Positions 1-9,424 are shown, counted from the first letter of the stretch. The stretch is DNA of 64,000 nucleotides from an archaeon (GCA_030605415.1 JAUWIJ010000001.1:568-64567), one strand, 5' to 3'. Numbers and translations are program-made. The notes: generated by a model not told the origin, from the letters alone.

Positions 1-54
1 GAGCGGATGTTACTGATAATTGCTGAGGGTTGGTTGAAGGTCAAGGAAATTAAA

Positions 55-148
55 AAAGAGCCCCTGCAGAGTTCAAGCCCTCGTCAAAAACGTTGCTCGG
101 CTTAACCCGTTAGTGCTTTTTTGATTGTTGGTACACTCTGCTCAGGCA
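55..148 (-). ncRNA. Candidate small structured RNA
   Basis: Closing stem 63-72/135-146, inner AAGCC/GGCTT (75-79/99-103) and TCAAAAA/TTTTTGA (84-90/118-124) pairings; TTTAAAAA box about 25 nt upstream and a T-tract downstream on the minus strand. Confidence 0.3.
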
Positions 149-207
149 ATAAGCTAAATAATTTATCCTTTTTAAATTTATTTTTTATCTATTCTCCAGT
201 CTTTTGA

Positions 208-375
208 GGGTTTATTGTTTATATTTACTATTGGAACACAATATTTAGTCTCCTCTCATTAACTTACGTTGATCTTATTAATGGATATGATTATACAGTA
301 ACAGAAACATTCTGGGGAACTGATGATAACGAAAATGCTGTTCAGGCAAGTTATAGTTTTAGCGTGACAGCTTGA
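208..375 (+). pseudogene. 3' gene remnant (...TFWGTDDNENAVQASYSFSVTA*)
   Basis: Open frame with no ATG; shares WGTDDNEN with the remnant at 2650-2820. Confidence 0.4.
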
Positions 376-409
376 GGAAAATGATTGAGGAAAATAAAAA
401 ATTAAAAGA

Positions 410-426
410 GGCTCCAAAAGGGAGCC
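410..426 (-). terminator. Hairpin plus T-tract after the precursor-peptide gene
   Basis: GGCTCC-N5-GGAGCC followed by a T-rich run on the minus strand. Confidence 0.5.
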
Positions 427-437
427 ATAAAAATTAT

Positions 438-617
438 TTACATACTATAGCATGGCCCTTCCCCATGACAGGGTTGATGGCAAACACAATCACATCTGTC
501 ACAGCTTGCATCATATACATCAGCTTTTAAACCATTTCGTGCTCCTGTAAGAATTTTTGCATCTCCTAACGATTCTAAAACATTACTATCTATACATTCC
601 ATTTTTTCTAAATTCAT
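438..617 (-). CDS. Putative RiPP precursor peptide, 59 aa, Cys-rich core (not in the ORF track)
   Basis: MNLEKMECIDSNVLESLGDAKILTGARNGLKADVYDASCDRCDCVCHQPCHGEGPCYSM*; GGAGGT SD upstream; last gene of the rSAM-peptidase operon. Confidence 0.8.
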   Translation of the reverse strand: MNLEKMECIDSNVLESLGDAKILTGARNGLKADVYDASCDRCDCVCHQPCHGEGPCYSM

Positions 618-1275
618 TTTTTATACCTCCTTTTAAGTTGATTAGTTCGTTTATATTTCTTTCAAAATGCTGTACAAATATTTTATTTATTTCAACTTCT
701 TCCATTTGTCCATCAACATTTTTTAAAAACCTAATTATTTTATCCGCTCCAGATTCTCCGAAGTGCTCCATAATTGAACAAATTATTAAATGTCCAACTC
801 CATAATTATATTCTGGGGCACCTCCTTTTAATGAAGAAATATTAAAGTTAATTTTATTACTACAATTTTTATTACGATGATATTGAGCAATGCCCTCGTT
901 AAATAAGGACAAGTCAGCTATCTTAGAATAACCATAAAATAAATGGGATAACTCATGTGCAAAAGTTCCAAGCATACTCTCCTGTTTATGAATAGTAAAT
1001 TTTTCAATAACTGAAGGCGAAAAGATGTTAATTGTTGTGTGATATCCAACCATTGCACACATCCAATTTTGTTTAAATTCTTTCCCTGTAAAAAACAAAA
1101 ATTCTTCAGGAGAATAAATAAAACAAATTCTAATTGTTGGCAAATCTTTATCAAATGAATAAAATTTTTTTATCTCCTGATATTTCTCTTCGAGTTTATC
1201 AAAATCAAAATTTTCTAAATAGTCTTTATCTATTTCTTTATATCTTATTAAAAATCTTCCTTTTCGTATTATCAT
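586..1275 (-). CDS. Gluzincin-type zinc metallopeptidase (MA clan-like)
   Basis: AHELSH (HExxH) followed by FNEGIAQY; start overlaps the rSAM stop. Confidence 0.75.
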   Translation of the reverse strand: MIIRKGRFLIRYKEIDKDYLENFDFDKLEEKYQEIKKFYSFDKDLPTIRICFIYSPEEFLFFTGKEFKQNWMCAMVGYHTTINIFSPSVIEKFTIHKQESMLGTFAHELSHLFYGYSKIADLSLFNEGIAQYHRNKNCSNKINFNISSLKGGAPEYNYGVGHLIICSIMEHFGESGADKIIRFLKNVDGQMEEVEINKIFVQHFERNINELINLKGGIKNEFRKNGMYR

Positions 1276-2552
1276 TCTACTAAAAATCCTCCAGCTTTCA
1301 AAATTTTTCCAAATTCCTCTGCCTTCTCTCTATATTGTTTTGGAAAATTATTCAATTTAAATCCTTTTGGTCGTATACCTTCAACAAACTTTTTCATTGA
1401 TTCGTTTACTAATAATGTACCCCCATTATATAACAAATATTCCTCCTCTTTTTCTTTTCTCGTTCCATACAAATTAACTTTATAATTAATATTTTCGTCA
1501 ACAGAAGGTAATATTTCTGTTACTACCATTTTCTCTAATTTGCCAACCATTCTTGAATCTTTTTTATTTAATTCTTCTCCTTCTTTTAGTCCCTCATATC
1601 TGCATCCACCCAAGCAAGACTTTACTTCTACACATTCTTTACAATCATCTGGAACATATACATTTTTTCTAAAAACATTTAATCTATTCCAGATATTTTT
1701 AAATGGTTCTGTAAAAACATTTCCCTCTGTAAATGGAGAATGTCCACATGCTCTTATGTCACCATTATATGCAATCTGAATTGAACTTCTTCCTGCACTG
1801 CAACTTCTTCTAAAAGTTTTATCTTTTCTTAGGTCTTCAGGTAAAGCACAATATGGAATTACTTCTAAAGCATTTATTTTAATATTAAAATCACTTCTTA
1901 ATTTTACTAAATCTCTTAAAGTAGATACCATTTCATCATTATTCAAATGATAATTTGAGTCTCCTCTGAATGCTGGTCTCAATGCTGGCGTTACTGCAAT
2001 TTTTTTAATACCATAATTTTCTACAAGAAATTTTCCTTGTTCATACACAGAATCTTTATTGATTTTATGAACAACCATATTAATCGTTGGATTAAAACCT
2101 TCTTTAACTAAATTCTCTAAATTCTCCAAAACTTTATTCAACGTATTTATTCCAGTTATTTGTTTAAATTTTTCATTTTGGAAGTATGGTAAAGATACTA
2201 AAAAGCCCATATCTGGATTTACATTTTTCAATTGTGATAATTTGTTTTTATTTAATAAAGATAAATTTGTATTCATACTGCAAGGCGCATTCTTCTTGTA
2301 TAATTGTTTAGCAATTTCTAATGATGCTGGCATATTCATCAAGGGTTCTCCGCCTGTTATCACTGTATCAAAAGGTTTTATTTGACTAAAAAAGATATCC
2401 ATTAATTTTTTTGCTGATTCATTAGACATTTTTTTACTTACAGAATTATTTTCTCTCCAATAATTGTAACAGTAGAAGCATTTATGATTACAATCTTCTG
2501 TAACTTCAATTTGTGCATTTAAAGGATATCTCAATCCAACATTTTCTTCCAT
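1272..2552 (-). CDS. Radical SAM/SPASM peptide maturase with a C-terminal RRE/PqqD-like extension
   Basis: CNHKCFYC, TGGEP, SPASM CSAG...GDIRAC...CKEC...C.GGC; about 80-aa extra C-terminal domain. Confidence 0.9.
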   Translation of the reverse strand: MEENVGLRYPLNAQIEVTEDCNHKCFYCYNYWRENNSVSKKMSNESAKKLMDIFFSQIKPFDTVITGGEPLMNMPASLEIAKQLYKKNAPCSMNTNLSLLNKNKLSQLKNVNPDMGFLVSLPYFQNEKFKQITGINTLNKVLENLENLVKEGFNPTINMVVHKINKDSVYEQGKFLVENYGIKKIAVTPALRPAFRGDSNYHLNNDEMVSTLRDLVKLRSDFNIKINALEVIPYCALPEDLRKDKTFRRSCSAGRSSIQIAYNGDIRACGHSPFTEGNVFTEPFKNIWNRLNVFRKNVYVPDDCKECVEVKSCLGGCRYEGLKEGEELNKKDSRMVGKLEKMVVTEILPSVDENINYKVNLYGTRKEKEEEYLLYNGGTLLVNESMKKFVEGIRPKGFKLNNFPKQYREKAEEFGKILKAGGFLVE

Positions 2553-2649
2553 TTCGATTTCTCCAGAAACAGTCTGAAGTGCCGACCACCTCTGAATATA
2601 TACCGAGATTAAAGTTTATAAGTTTTATTGCGACTAAGTTTTTGTGTAA

Positions 2650-2820
2650 TTCAATGGAAATGATAAATTAATCCATACAGATAAAAAATTCTCTACACTT
2701 CATGATTGGGAAAAATTTACTCTTAAGTACTGGGGCACCGATGATAATGAGAATTCTGTTTATATAGAGCAGACAGTGTGCGTAGAAAAAGGAACTTTTT
2801 TGTTTGATGTTGGTTGTTGA
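2650..2820 (+). pseudogene. 3' gene remnant (...YWGTDDNENSVYIEQTVC...*)
   Basis: Frame with no ATG, homologous to 208-375. Confidence 0.4.
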
Positions 2821-2867
2821 AATGGGAAATAAAAGATTTTATAAACATTATTACTTATGAAATATAT

Positions 2868-3263
2868 ATGAAAAAACCAATAATTGATTGTATTGCATTT
2901 CTTCTCATTAAGGGCAACAAAATTCTTTTAGAAAAACGCAAACTAACAAAAAAAGTAGATCCGGGAAAAATTTGTATACCAAGTGGAGGAACAGAAAAAG
3001 GAGAAACTCCAGAGGAGGCTACACTTAGAGAGATAAAAGAAGAATTTGATATTGAAGGAAAGAATCCAAAATTTATTGCAAAAATTATTTATCCTACTGA
3101 AAAAATTAATTTTTTAGTTAGTTATTATGTAATTAAAGAATGGGAAGGTAAAATACAAAATCTTGAAGCCGATAGATTAGAGTGGGTTGAGATAAGTAAA
3201 GACAATGTGGATACATGGATAGATAAAATTGCCATTGATATTTATAAAAATGTTAAATCATAA
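2868..3263 (+). CDS. NUDIX hydrolase
   Basis: Nudix box GGTEKGETPEEATLREIKEEFD; ATG about 25 nt after a TATA box. Confidence 0.85.
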   Translation: MKKPIIDCIAFLLIKGNKILLEKRKLTKKVDPGKICIPSGGTEKGETPEEATLREIKEEFDIEGKNPKFIAKIIYPTEKINFLVSYYVIKEWEGKIQNLEADRLEWVEISKDNVDTWIDKIAIDIYKNVKS

Positions 3264-3332
3264 TTCTTTCGATAAAAACAATTCACCTTTTCAAGAATAA
3301 TATTAAGCTTTCTTATAAGATAAGCCAATATC

Positions 3333-3959
3333 TTAAAAAAATTCCTCAAAACTCTTTTTTACTTCCTTAAAACTCTTCTCCTTAATATCAAAAATCCTAT
3401 CCTCTCTCTTATTCAAGGTTTCCATCATCTCAATAAATTCCTTTTCTTCAAATATCTCTATCCCCATTTTCTTGCAAACCTTTTTTATTTCCATGATAGA
3501 TTCTTCAACACTTTCTTCATCGGAAATTAATTTTTCTGCTTCAAAATAACAAATATCTCCAGAACGAACTAATGCAAATTCAATGTTTTCCAGCTTGAAT
3601 AAAAAAGTCTTAGTGTCCATTAGAACACCCCTAAACCAACCCAGATGCTTAAAGAATTCCAAAGCCGAACCAAATTTATCTAAATCTATCGGGAACAGAA
3701 ATTCCTTCCTCGCTTCTTCAGCGCCCCAGCGACCATACTTCATAACAATTTCCGCCTCCTTATTAGTCACTCGTAATTTCAAGTCTACCGGATCTTCCCT
3801 AACCGCATTCAAGTCATTAACATCAGAATCTTCTCTAAAATAAATAAAAGAAATTCTGTCTTTCTCTTCCACAAAAATAGCCTCTCGCCTAAATTTCTCT
3901 AAAAGCTCCTCAAAATTTTTTATTCCGCCCCTAACCTCTACTTCTATTTGCTTCGTCAT
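3333..3959 (-). CDS. CYTH domain protein
   Basis: N-terminal IEVEVR, LKLRV, YFEAE motifs. Confidence 0.75.
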   Translation of the reverse strand: MTKQIEVEVRGGIKNFEELLEKFRREAIFVEEKDRISFIYFREDSDVNDLNAVREDPVDLKLRVTNKEAEIVMKYGRWGAEEARKEFLFPIDLDKFGSALEFFKHLGWFRGVLMDTKTFLFKLENIEFALVRSGDICYFEAEKLISDEESVEESIMEIKKVCKKMGIEIFEEKEFIEMMETLNKREDRIFDIKEKSFKEVKKSFEEFF

Positions 3960-4015
3960 AAATAACTTAGAAAAGACGGACTTTTATACCTTTTCAAAAC
4001 AATGTTTATGTTTCT

Positions 4016-4513
4016 TCATTTTATCCCAAAAACTTCCTTAGCTTTCCCTAATTGAAACTCTCCGTTGTCATCCCATTTTACAAATTTTAAAAAATCCTTT
4101 GGATCTATGAATTTTCTTAAGGGGATAGCTCCTTCTGCAGGATCCACAGTTTGCTTTTTTATTTTATCAACCTCGGCAACAAATCTAAGAATGTGATGGA
4201 TGCAATTTCTCTTGCAATTATCACCAAGGGGTGTAATTTTAAAACAGCCAACGCGTCTAATGTTTTTAATATCTAAATCAGCCTCCTCGTTAACTTCTCT
4301 AATTAAGGTGTCCTCAAAACTCTTATCGCAATCCTCGGGACCACCTCCGGGCAAACACCAGTATCCTTTATTACAATCAACTATGCAAAGCTTACCATTC
4401 TCGTCAAAAATAAAACCGTATGACTGAATCACATTTTCCAAACTTTCAAAATTGATATTATCGAGCCATTTCATCAAATATTTCTGTCCCTTCCATTCAA
4501 TTTCGGATATCAT
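4016..4513 (-). CDS. NUDIX hydrolase
   Basis: LPGGGPE...TLIREVNEEAD. Confidence 0.85.
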   Translation of the reverse strand: MISEIEWKGQKYLMKWLDNINFESLENVIQSYGFIFDENGKLCIVDCNKGYWCLPGGGPEDCDKSFEDTLIREVNEEADLDIKNIRRVGCFKITPLGDNCKRNCIHHILRFVAEVDKIKKQTVDPAEGAIPLRKFIDPKDFLKFVKWDDNGEFQLGKAKEVFGIK

Positions 4514-4597
4514 TAAACCATTATTACTTTAAGCACTAAATAAAATTAACTATTAATATCAAGCATAAAATGTTAAATCATAACAGCAATAGCTAAA

Positions 4598-5050
4598 TTA
4601 TTCATCCTTCCTCCTATAATCTTTAATTTCAAGCTTCTGAAAATATTTCTCCCTATTCATTCCCTTTTTCAAAACTTCCCTTAACAATTTCTTATCACCA
4701 CCCCACTTAATCCTCTCAATAAAATCCTCAAGCTCAAGCCACTCATATTTACTATGTTCCTCATTTAAAATAACGTCTGACAAATCAACAAAAGAAATAA
4801 AATTATATTCCTCACAAATATCCTCTTCCCAATTATAAATAGAACTCCAATTCAAAAAAACGGTCTCTCTTACAACTAGACCCGTTTCCTCCATAACTTC
4901 TCTTGTGACAACTGTCTCGTGAGACTCGCTATCTTCAACACCACCAGTTACAACAAACCAGTCGCCCTTTCCGTGCTCCGGATGCGGTTCGCTATACAAA
5001 GCCAACATCTTTTCATCCCTAATAATAAATGTTAAAATCTTTTCTTGCAT
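4598..5050 (-). CDS. NUDIX hydrolase
   Basis: TGGVEDSES...REVMEETG; LNEEHSKYEW. Confidence 0.85.
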   Translation of the reverse strand: MQEKILTFIIRDEKMLALYSEPHPEHGKGDWFVVTGGVEDSESHETVVTREVMEETGLVVRETVFLNWSSIYNWEEDICEEYNFISFVDLSDVILNEEHSKYEWLELEDFIERIKWGGDKKLLREVLKKGMNREKYFQKLEIKDYRRKDE

Positions 5051-5241
5051 CTCACACTAAAGATTTCTTAATTTTTAAGCTCTTCTAAAATGAGTGTTAC
5101 AGTATATAAAAAGAATTTATCAAAAGAATCAAATCAAAAATATTATTTAATATTAAACTTTTCAGAATTTTTAACACCACTTTTCTGTTATTACTAAAAA
5201 ATGCAAACACTTATAAATGTTAAATATTTTAAAATTCCAAC

Positions 5242-6309
5242 ATGAGTAAAAATATTAATATTGCACTTGTTGGTATAGGAAATGTTGCCAGTGCCCTTAT
5301 TCAAGGAATAGAGTATTACAAATTAAACCCCTCTGAGAAATTAGGGATTCTTCCGGAAATAACTCAATATGATGTTGAAGATTTTAATTTTTCCCTTGGA
5401 ATTGATGTTAATAAAGAAAAAGTGGATAAAGATTTAAGCGAGGCTATTTTCATCAAACCCAATTGCGCGGAATTTCTTCATAAACCCAAATGTTTGGATG
5501 CGAGAGTAATTGGAGGATCCATTTTAGATGGACTTGATAGTGATATAAAAAATTATATTCCAGTTGATGAATCATTCGAGAAGACAGATATCCAGACAGA
5601 ATTAATTAATAATAAAATTGATGTAGTCGTTATTCTTTTACCTACAGGTTCACAAAAGGCTGCGGAATTTTATACTAAAGAAGCAATATCTGCAGGATGC
5701 GCAGTTGTAAATGGGATGCCTGCTTTACTTGCAAACAATAAAGAAATAGTCTCCCTTGCGGAGCAGAAAAATATTCCTTTAATTGGAGATGATGTAAAAT
5801 CTCAAATAGGTGCAACAATTATTCATAGAAGTCTATCTAATCTTTTTCCAATGAGAGGGGCGATTATGGATCGCACTATTCAATTAGACTGGGGTGGAGA
5901 TATGGATTTTTGTAATCTTTTAAGCAATGGTAGATACGAACAAGGAAAAAGGCAATCCAAAACAGGGTCAGTGATAGATCATTTGCCGAATAAAAATTCT
6001 GTGGATGTGCAGATTAGTGCTGTAGACTATATCCCTTTTCTGAAAAATCAAAAAGAAGCATATACAAGAATTGAAGGTAGAATTTTTGGAGGCAAAAATG
6101 TAAGAATTGATGTTACTATGCAGGTTCAAGATGGATATAATTCTGCTGGAATTGTGGCAGATATGATTCGGGTCGCTAAAATTGCAAAAGATAAGAATCT
6201 TGGCGGAGTTATTCATCCAGCATGCTCTTTTTTTAATAAAAAACCCCCTATTCAGACAGAAGACGACACTGCAAAAAAAGAGCTTCTAAATTTATTAAGC
6301 GATAAATAA
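5242..6309 (+). CDS. ino1: myo-inositol-1-phosphate synthase
   Basis: GIGNVASALIQG, LPTGS, IGDDVKSQIGAT, GGDMDFCNL, NSAG motifs. Confidence 0.9.
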   Translation: MSKNINIALVGIGNVASALIQGIEYYKLNPSEKLGILPEITQYDVEDFNFSLGIDVNKEKVDKDLSEAIFIKPNCAEFLHKPKCLDARVIGGSILDGLDSDIKNYIPVDESFEKTDIQTELINNKIDVVVILLPTGSQKAAEFYTKEAISAGCAVVNGMPALLANNKEIVSLAEQKNIPLIGDDVKSQIGATIIHRSLSNLFPMRGAIMDRTIQLDWGGDMDFCNLLSNGRYEQGKRQSKTGSVIDHLPNKNSVDVQISAVDYIPFLKNQKEAYTRIEGRIFGGKNVRIDVTMQVQDGYNSAGIVADMIRVAKIAKDKNLGGVIHPACSFFNKKPPIQTEDDTAKKELLNLLSDK

Positions 6310-6310
6310 A

Positions 6311-7750
6311 ATGATAATTAATTCTACTCTTCATAAAGAGAGAAGGGATGCTAGGATTAAAGCTATGAATCCTCAAATATCTTATTCTGGATTTGATTTA
6401 ATGAGTGATATTTCTCAGATGGCAGAAAGAGCAATTAAAAAATCATATAAGGTTTTAGAAAAAAATTTATTTGAAGAAAAATCTCCTTCTATAGCAATAT
6501 TTTTATATGGCTCTGGAGGAAGAGGGGAAATGACAAATTATTCTGATATAGATATACATTTTATTTCCGCGATAGATGATCCTCAAGCATCAGTTTTTCA
6601 AGAAAAATTACACAAGGAATTAGCTAGTTATCAATTTGGAAAAATTGATGATCCTAATTGGAAAAATATGAAATCTGTCGAGAAATATGCTGCAAGAAGT
6701 ATCACTGAAGCCAATCAAATTTTTGATGCAAAATTGGTAGCAGGAGATAAAGGATTAGCTAAGGAATTAACGAGAATTATAGAAAAATATGATACCCAGG
6801 AAAGAAAAATAAGAAATATGTTATTTCAAAAATTTTATTTAGAGCATTATTATGGTGCGAGGAGTAATGTCGAAGTTCCAAATGTAAAATATTGTTCGGG
6901 TGGATATAGAGATCTTTTAACTTTTGATTGGTTTTCTAATTGGATATCATCTACTAAGGGACTTCCTTCTGATATTATAGGAAAAATGCCTCAGATACAA
7001 TATTCTTTAAAGGATATAGGAGCCAAAGGTATTATTACGAACAAAAAAGAACGTTTAGCTCTAGATTCTGCGGAATTTATGGTTTTATTTAGAAATGAAG
7101 TTCTTCATTCTAATATTGGAACTAAAGATGAAGGAATTACTCATTTGGATATTCCTACTATGGAACGAACCTTTTCTTCATCTCCTGAATATTTTTGTTC
7201 TCTTGGTGTTTTTTCTCCGAATCAACTACTGCCTTTATTTAATGAACATGCCAAGGTTATCAAAAATACTAAGAAAAAAATTTTGGATTATATAATTTCA
7301 GTTGAAGGAAAAAATAGAGGGGGGAAATGGCTAAGGGACTATAAGGATTCTCTCGCAATAAATATCTCAAATCAAAGAAGAAAAGAAATTGCGAAACAAG
7401 ATGATGTTATAACCAAGCTTAGTTCTATTTGGGGAATGAATTATAATGCGGACACAGAATTGTTTAATGAGGTTTGTGGGCAAATGATTGGAACGACTCA
7501 ATGGGAAGCGTTAGCCTCGATGGCATGTAGCCCAAAGAGTTCTCCAGAATTATTGAGCGAGATAGCTAAAACTAGCATGAGTCATGAAGGTTTGGGTTAT
7601 ATTCTTAGGATACTCGGAAGGAATCCCTCTACTTCTAAAGGTACCTTAGAAGATATTGCTGGTAATTCTTCATTGGATAAAAGATATAGAATAGTTGCAA
7701 AATTGAATTTGGAAAAAGGTTTATATATTGCGACGACGAGATCTTCTTAA
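6311..7750 (+). CDS. GlnD/GlnE-like nucleotidyltransferase with a C-terminal helical-repeat region
   Basis: YGSGGRGEM..SDIDI; NVKYCSGGYRD; C-terminal xPx repeats resembling LRV/HEAT. Confidence 0.7.
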   Translation: MIINSTLHKERRDARIKAMNPQISYSGFDLMSDISQMAERAIKKSYKVLEKNLFEEKSPSIAIFLYGSGGRGEMTNYSDIDIHFISAIDDPQASVFQEKLHKELASYQFGKIDDPNWKNMKSVEKYAARSITEANQIFDAKLVAGDKGLAKELTRIIEKYDTQERKIRNMLFQKFYLEHYYGARSNVEVPNVKYCSGGYRDLLTFDWFSNWISSTKGLPSDIIGKMPQIQYSLKDIGAKGIITNKKERLALDSAEFMVLFRNEVLHSNIGTKDEGITHLDIPTMERTFSSSPEYFCSLGVFSPNQLLPLFNEHAKVIKNTKKKILDYIISVEGKNRGGKWLRDYKDSLAINISNQRRKEIAKQDDVITKLSSIWGMNYNADTELFNEVCGQMIGTTQWEALASMACSPKSSPELLSEIAKTSMSHEGLGYILRILGRNPSTSKGTLEDIAGNSSLDKRYRIVAKLNLEKGLYIATTRSS

Positions 7751-7780
7751 TGGAGTTGAAGATATTATCAAGATTGGGAA
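7676..7780 (+). repeat. Direct repeat copy 1 (NTase 3' end, TATA, truncated EEP start); copy 2 at 8623-8752
   Basis: AAGATATAGAATAGTTGCAAAATT...GAGATCTTCTTAAT...ATATTATCAAGATTGGGAA present at both sites. Confidence 0.85.
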
Positions 7781-7799
7781 GTGAGGAGGTTGAAGTATT

Positions 7800-8243
7800 T
7801 TGGTGATTCGTAAAGTTGAACAAAAAGACAGAAAATTGCTGGAAGAAATGGCTACTAAATATCTTGAGCCATTATATGGCAATCAGGATAAAGCTGTTGA
7901 GAGTTGGATGAATGGAAAAAGAATTGTTTATATAAGTTCGGATGAAAATAATGATGTGAAGGGACTTGTTGCACTTTTAGATAATCTTGATAAGGATTAT
8001 ATAACGATGTCTACATTGTTAATTGATGAAAATTTTCGACATAAGGGGGCTGGTAAAGGATTACTTGAAAAGGCTATTGAATATTCAAGTGGAACTCAAA
8101 ATGATTATTTAATAGTGACTGTTAATGAAAATATTAATAGTACTTTTAACTTGTTAAAAAAATATGGCTTTGAGGTTATAGATAAATTGAAAAATAAGCA
8201 TATTATTGGACAAACTGAGTTTGTACTTAGGAGGGATTTGTGA
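7800..8243 (+). CDS. GNAT N-acetyltransferase
   Basis: FRHKGAGKGLL motif A; LLKKYGF. Confidence 0.85.
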   Translation: MVIRKVEQKDRKLLEEMATKYLEPLYGNQDKAVESWMNGKRIVYISSDENNDVKGLVALLDNLDKDYITMSTLLIDENFRHKGAGKGLLEKAIEYSSGTQNDYLIVTVNENINSTFNLLKKYGFEVIDKLKNKHIIGQTEFVLRRDL

Positions 8244-8569
8244 AAATAGTAAGAAAAATGAACTTGCAACAGAAATATTATGATTTTATTGCTAGCGGAA
8301 GCAAGGTTTTTGAGGGGCGACTTGGAATTGGTAAGGATAAGAATTTGAAGATAGGAGATATCATTGTTTTTAATGATTCTTTAAGAGTTAGAATTACGAG
8401 TATTCATATTTTTTCTTCTTATGAAGATGCAATGAGGGTTTTAGATTTTAAAAAGTTGATTCCTGATGCAGAGAGTATTGATGAAGCTGTTGAGGTTTAT
8501 GAAGAGTTTTATTCTGAGAAAAGGCAGATGGAATTTGGAGTATGGGTTTTTGGCTTTGAATTAGCATGA
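8240..8569 (+). CDS. ASCH domain protein
   Basis: YYDFIASGSKVFEGRL (GxKxxExR). Confidence 0.85.
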   Translation: MKIVRKMNLQQKYYDFIASGSKVFEGRLGIGKDKNLKIGDIIVFNDSLRVRITSIHIFSSYEDAMRVLDFKKLIPDAESIDEAVEVYEEFYSEKRQMEFGVWVFGFELA

Positions 8570-8622
8570 CCATATAATAATCATCAAAGAGTGTTTTTAG
8601 TATTTTGAATATATTACTGTCA

Positions 8623-8752
8623 GACAAAAGATATAGAATAGTTGCAAAATTAAATTTGGAAAAAGGTTTATATATTGCAACGACGAGATCTTCTTAATAT
8701 GAAGTTAAAAATATTATCTCTAAATATCTTTAGATATTATCAAGATTGGGAA
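8623..8752 (+). repeat. Direct repeat copy 2
   Basis: Diverged copy of 7676-7780. Confidence 0.8.
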
Positions 8753-9424
8753 ACAAGAAAATCAAAAATTATTAATTTTATTAAAAAAACTAAACCTGAT
8801 ATTATCGTTCTTCAAGAATGTTTTGATGATTCTCGTTATAATAAGGAAGGAGATAATCAAGGCACTCAACTAAATAAGGAACTTGGTTTTAAAAATTGTA
8901 TTTATTCTATTGCAGAAAAACTTAAATCCGAAAGAGGAAAATTAATTGACGTCCCTGTTTATGATGGATTATGTCTATTAACCAACCTTTCAATTATTCA
9001 AAATAATGATATTAAATTAAAGAAAGCAATAGATGACAGACATGATAGAATTATTCAGAGAGTTGTTTTATCAAAAGAAGATAATAAATTTATATTATTT
9101 AATACTCATTTTTCCAACAGGGACGATTGGGCAAACGACCATTTAGAGGAAACAATTAATCTTGCCAAAAAAGAAACAAGCACTCCAATTATTATAGGAG
9201 ATTTAAATATAAAAGTTCAGGAAAATATAATGAAAATTACTGGAGAGGATTATAATATTTCTTGGTTTATAAAAAAATACATATCTTTTCCTTCCGAGGA
9301 AGAAACGTTTGATTATGTGCTCTTGCCAAAAATTGGATATAAATTTGAAAATATTTTTTGTTCAGGAAATCATTTATCGGACCATAAAGCGCTTGTTACT
9401 ACAATTTCTAAAGTAGAAAAGTGA
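8699..9424 (+). CDS. Endonuclease/exonuclease/phosphatase (EEP) family protein
   Basis: ILSLNI, DIIVLQE, NTH, GDLN, DYV, SDH motifs. Confidence 0.9.
   Translation: MKLKILSLNIFRYYQDWETRKSKIINFIKKTKPDIIVLQECFDDSRYNKEGDNQGTQLNKELGFKNCIYSIAEKLKSERGKLIDVPVYDGLCLLTNLSIIQNNDIKLKKAIDDRHDRIIQRVVLSKEDNKFILFNTHFSNRDDWANDHLEETINLAKKETSTPIIIGDLNIKVQENIMKITGEDYNISWFIKKYISFPSEEETFDYVLLPKIGYKFENIFCSGNHLSDHKALVTTISKVEK

Noticed and set aside
55..148. HDV-like ribozyme, SRP RNA or RNase P RNA
   Set aside because: The required conserved motifs (P3/L3 closure, SRP helix 8 GGAA loop, RNase P CR-I/CR-V) were not found
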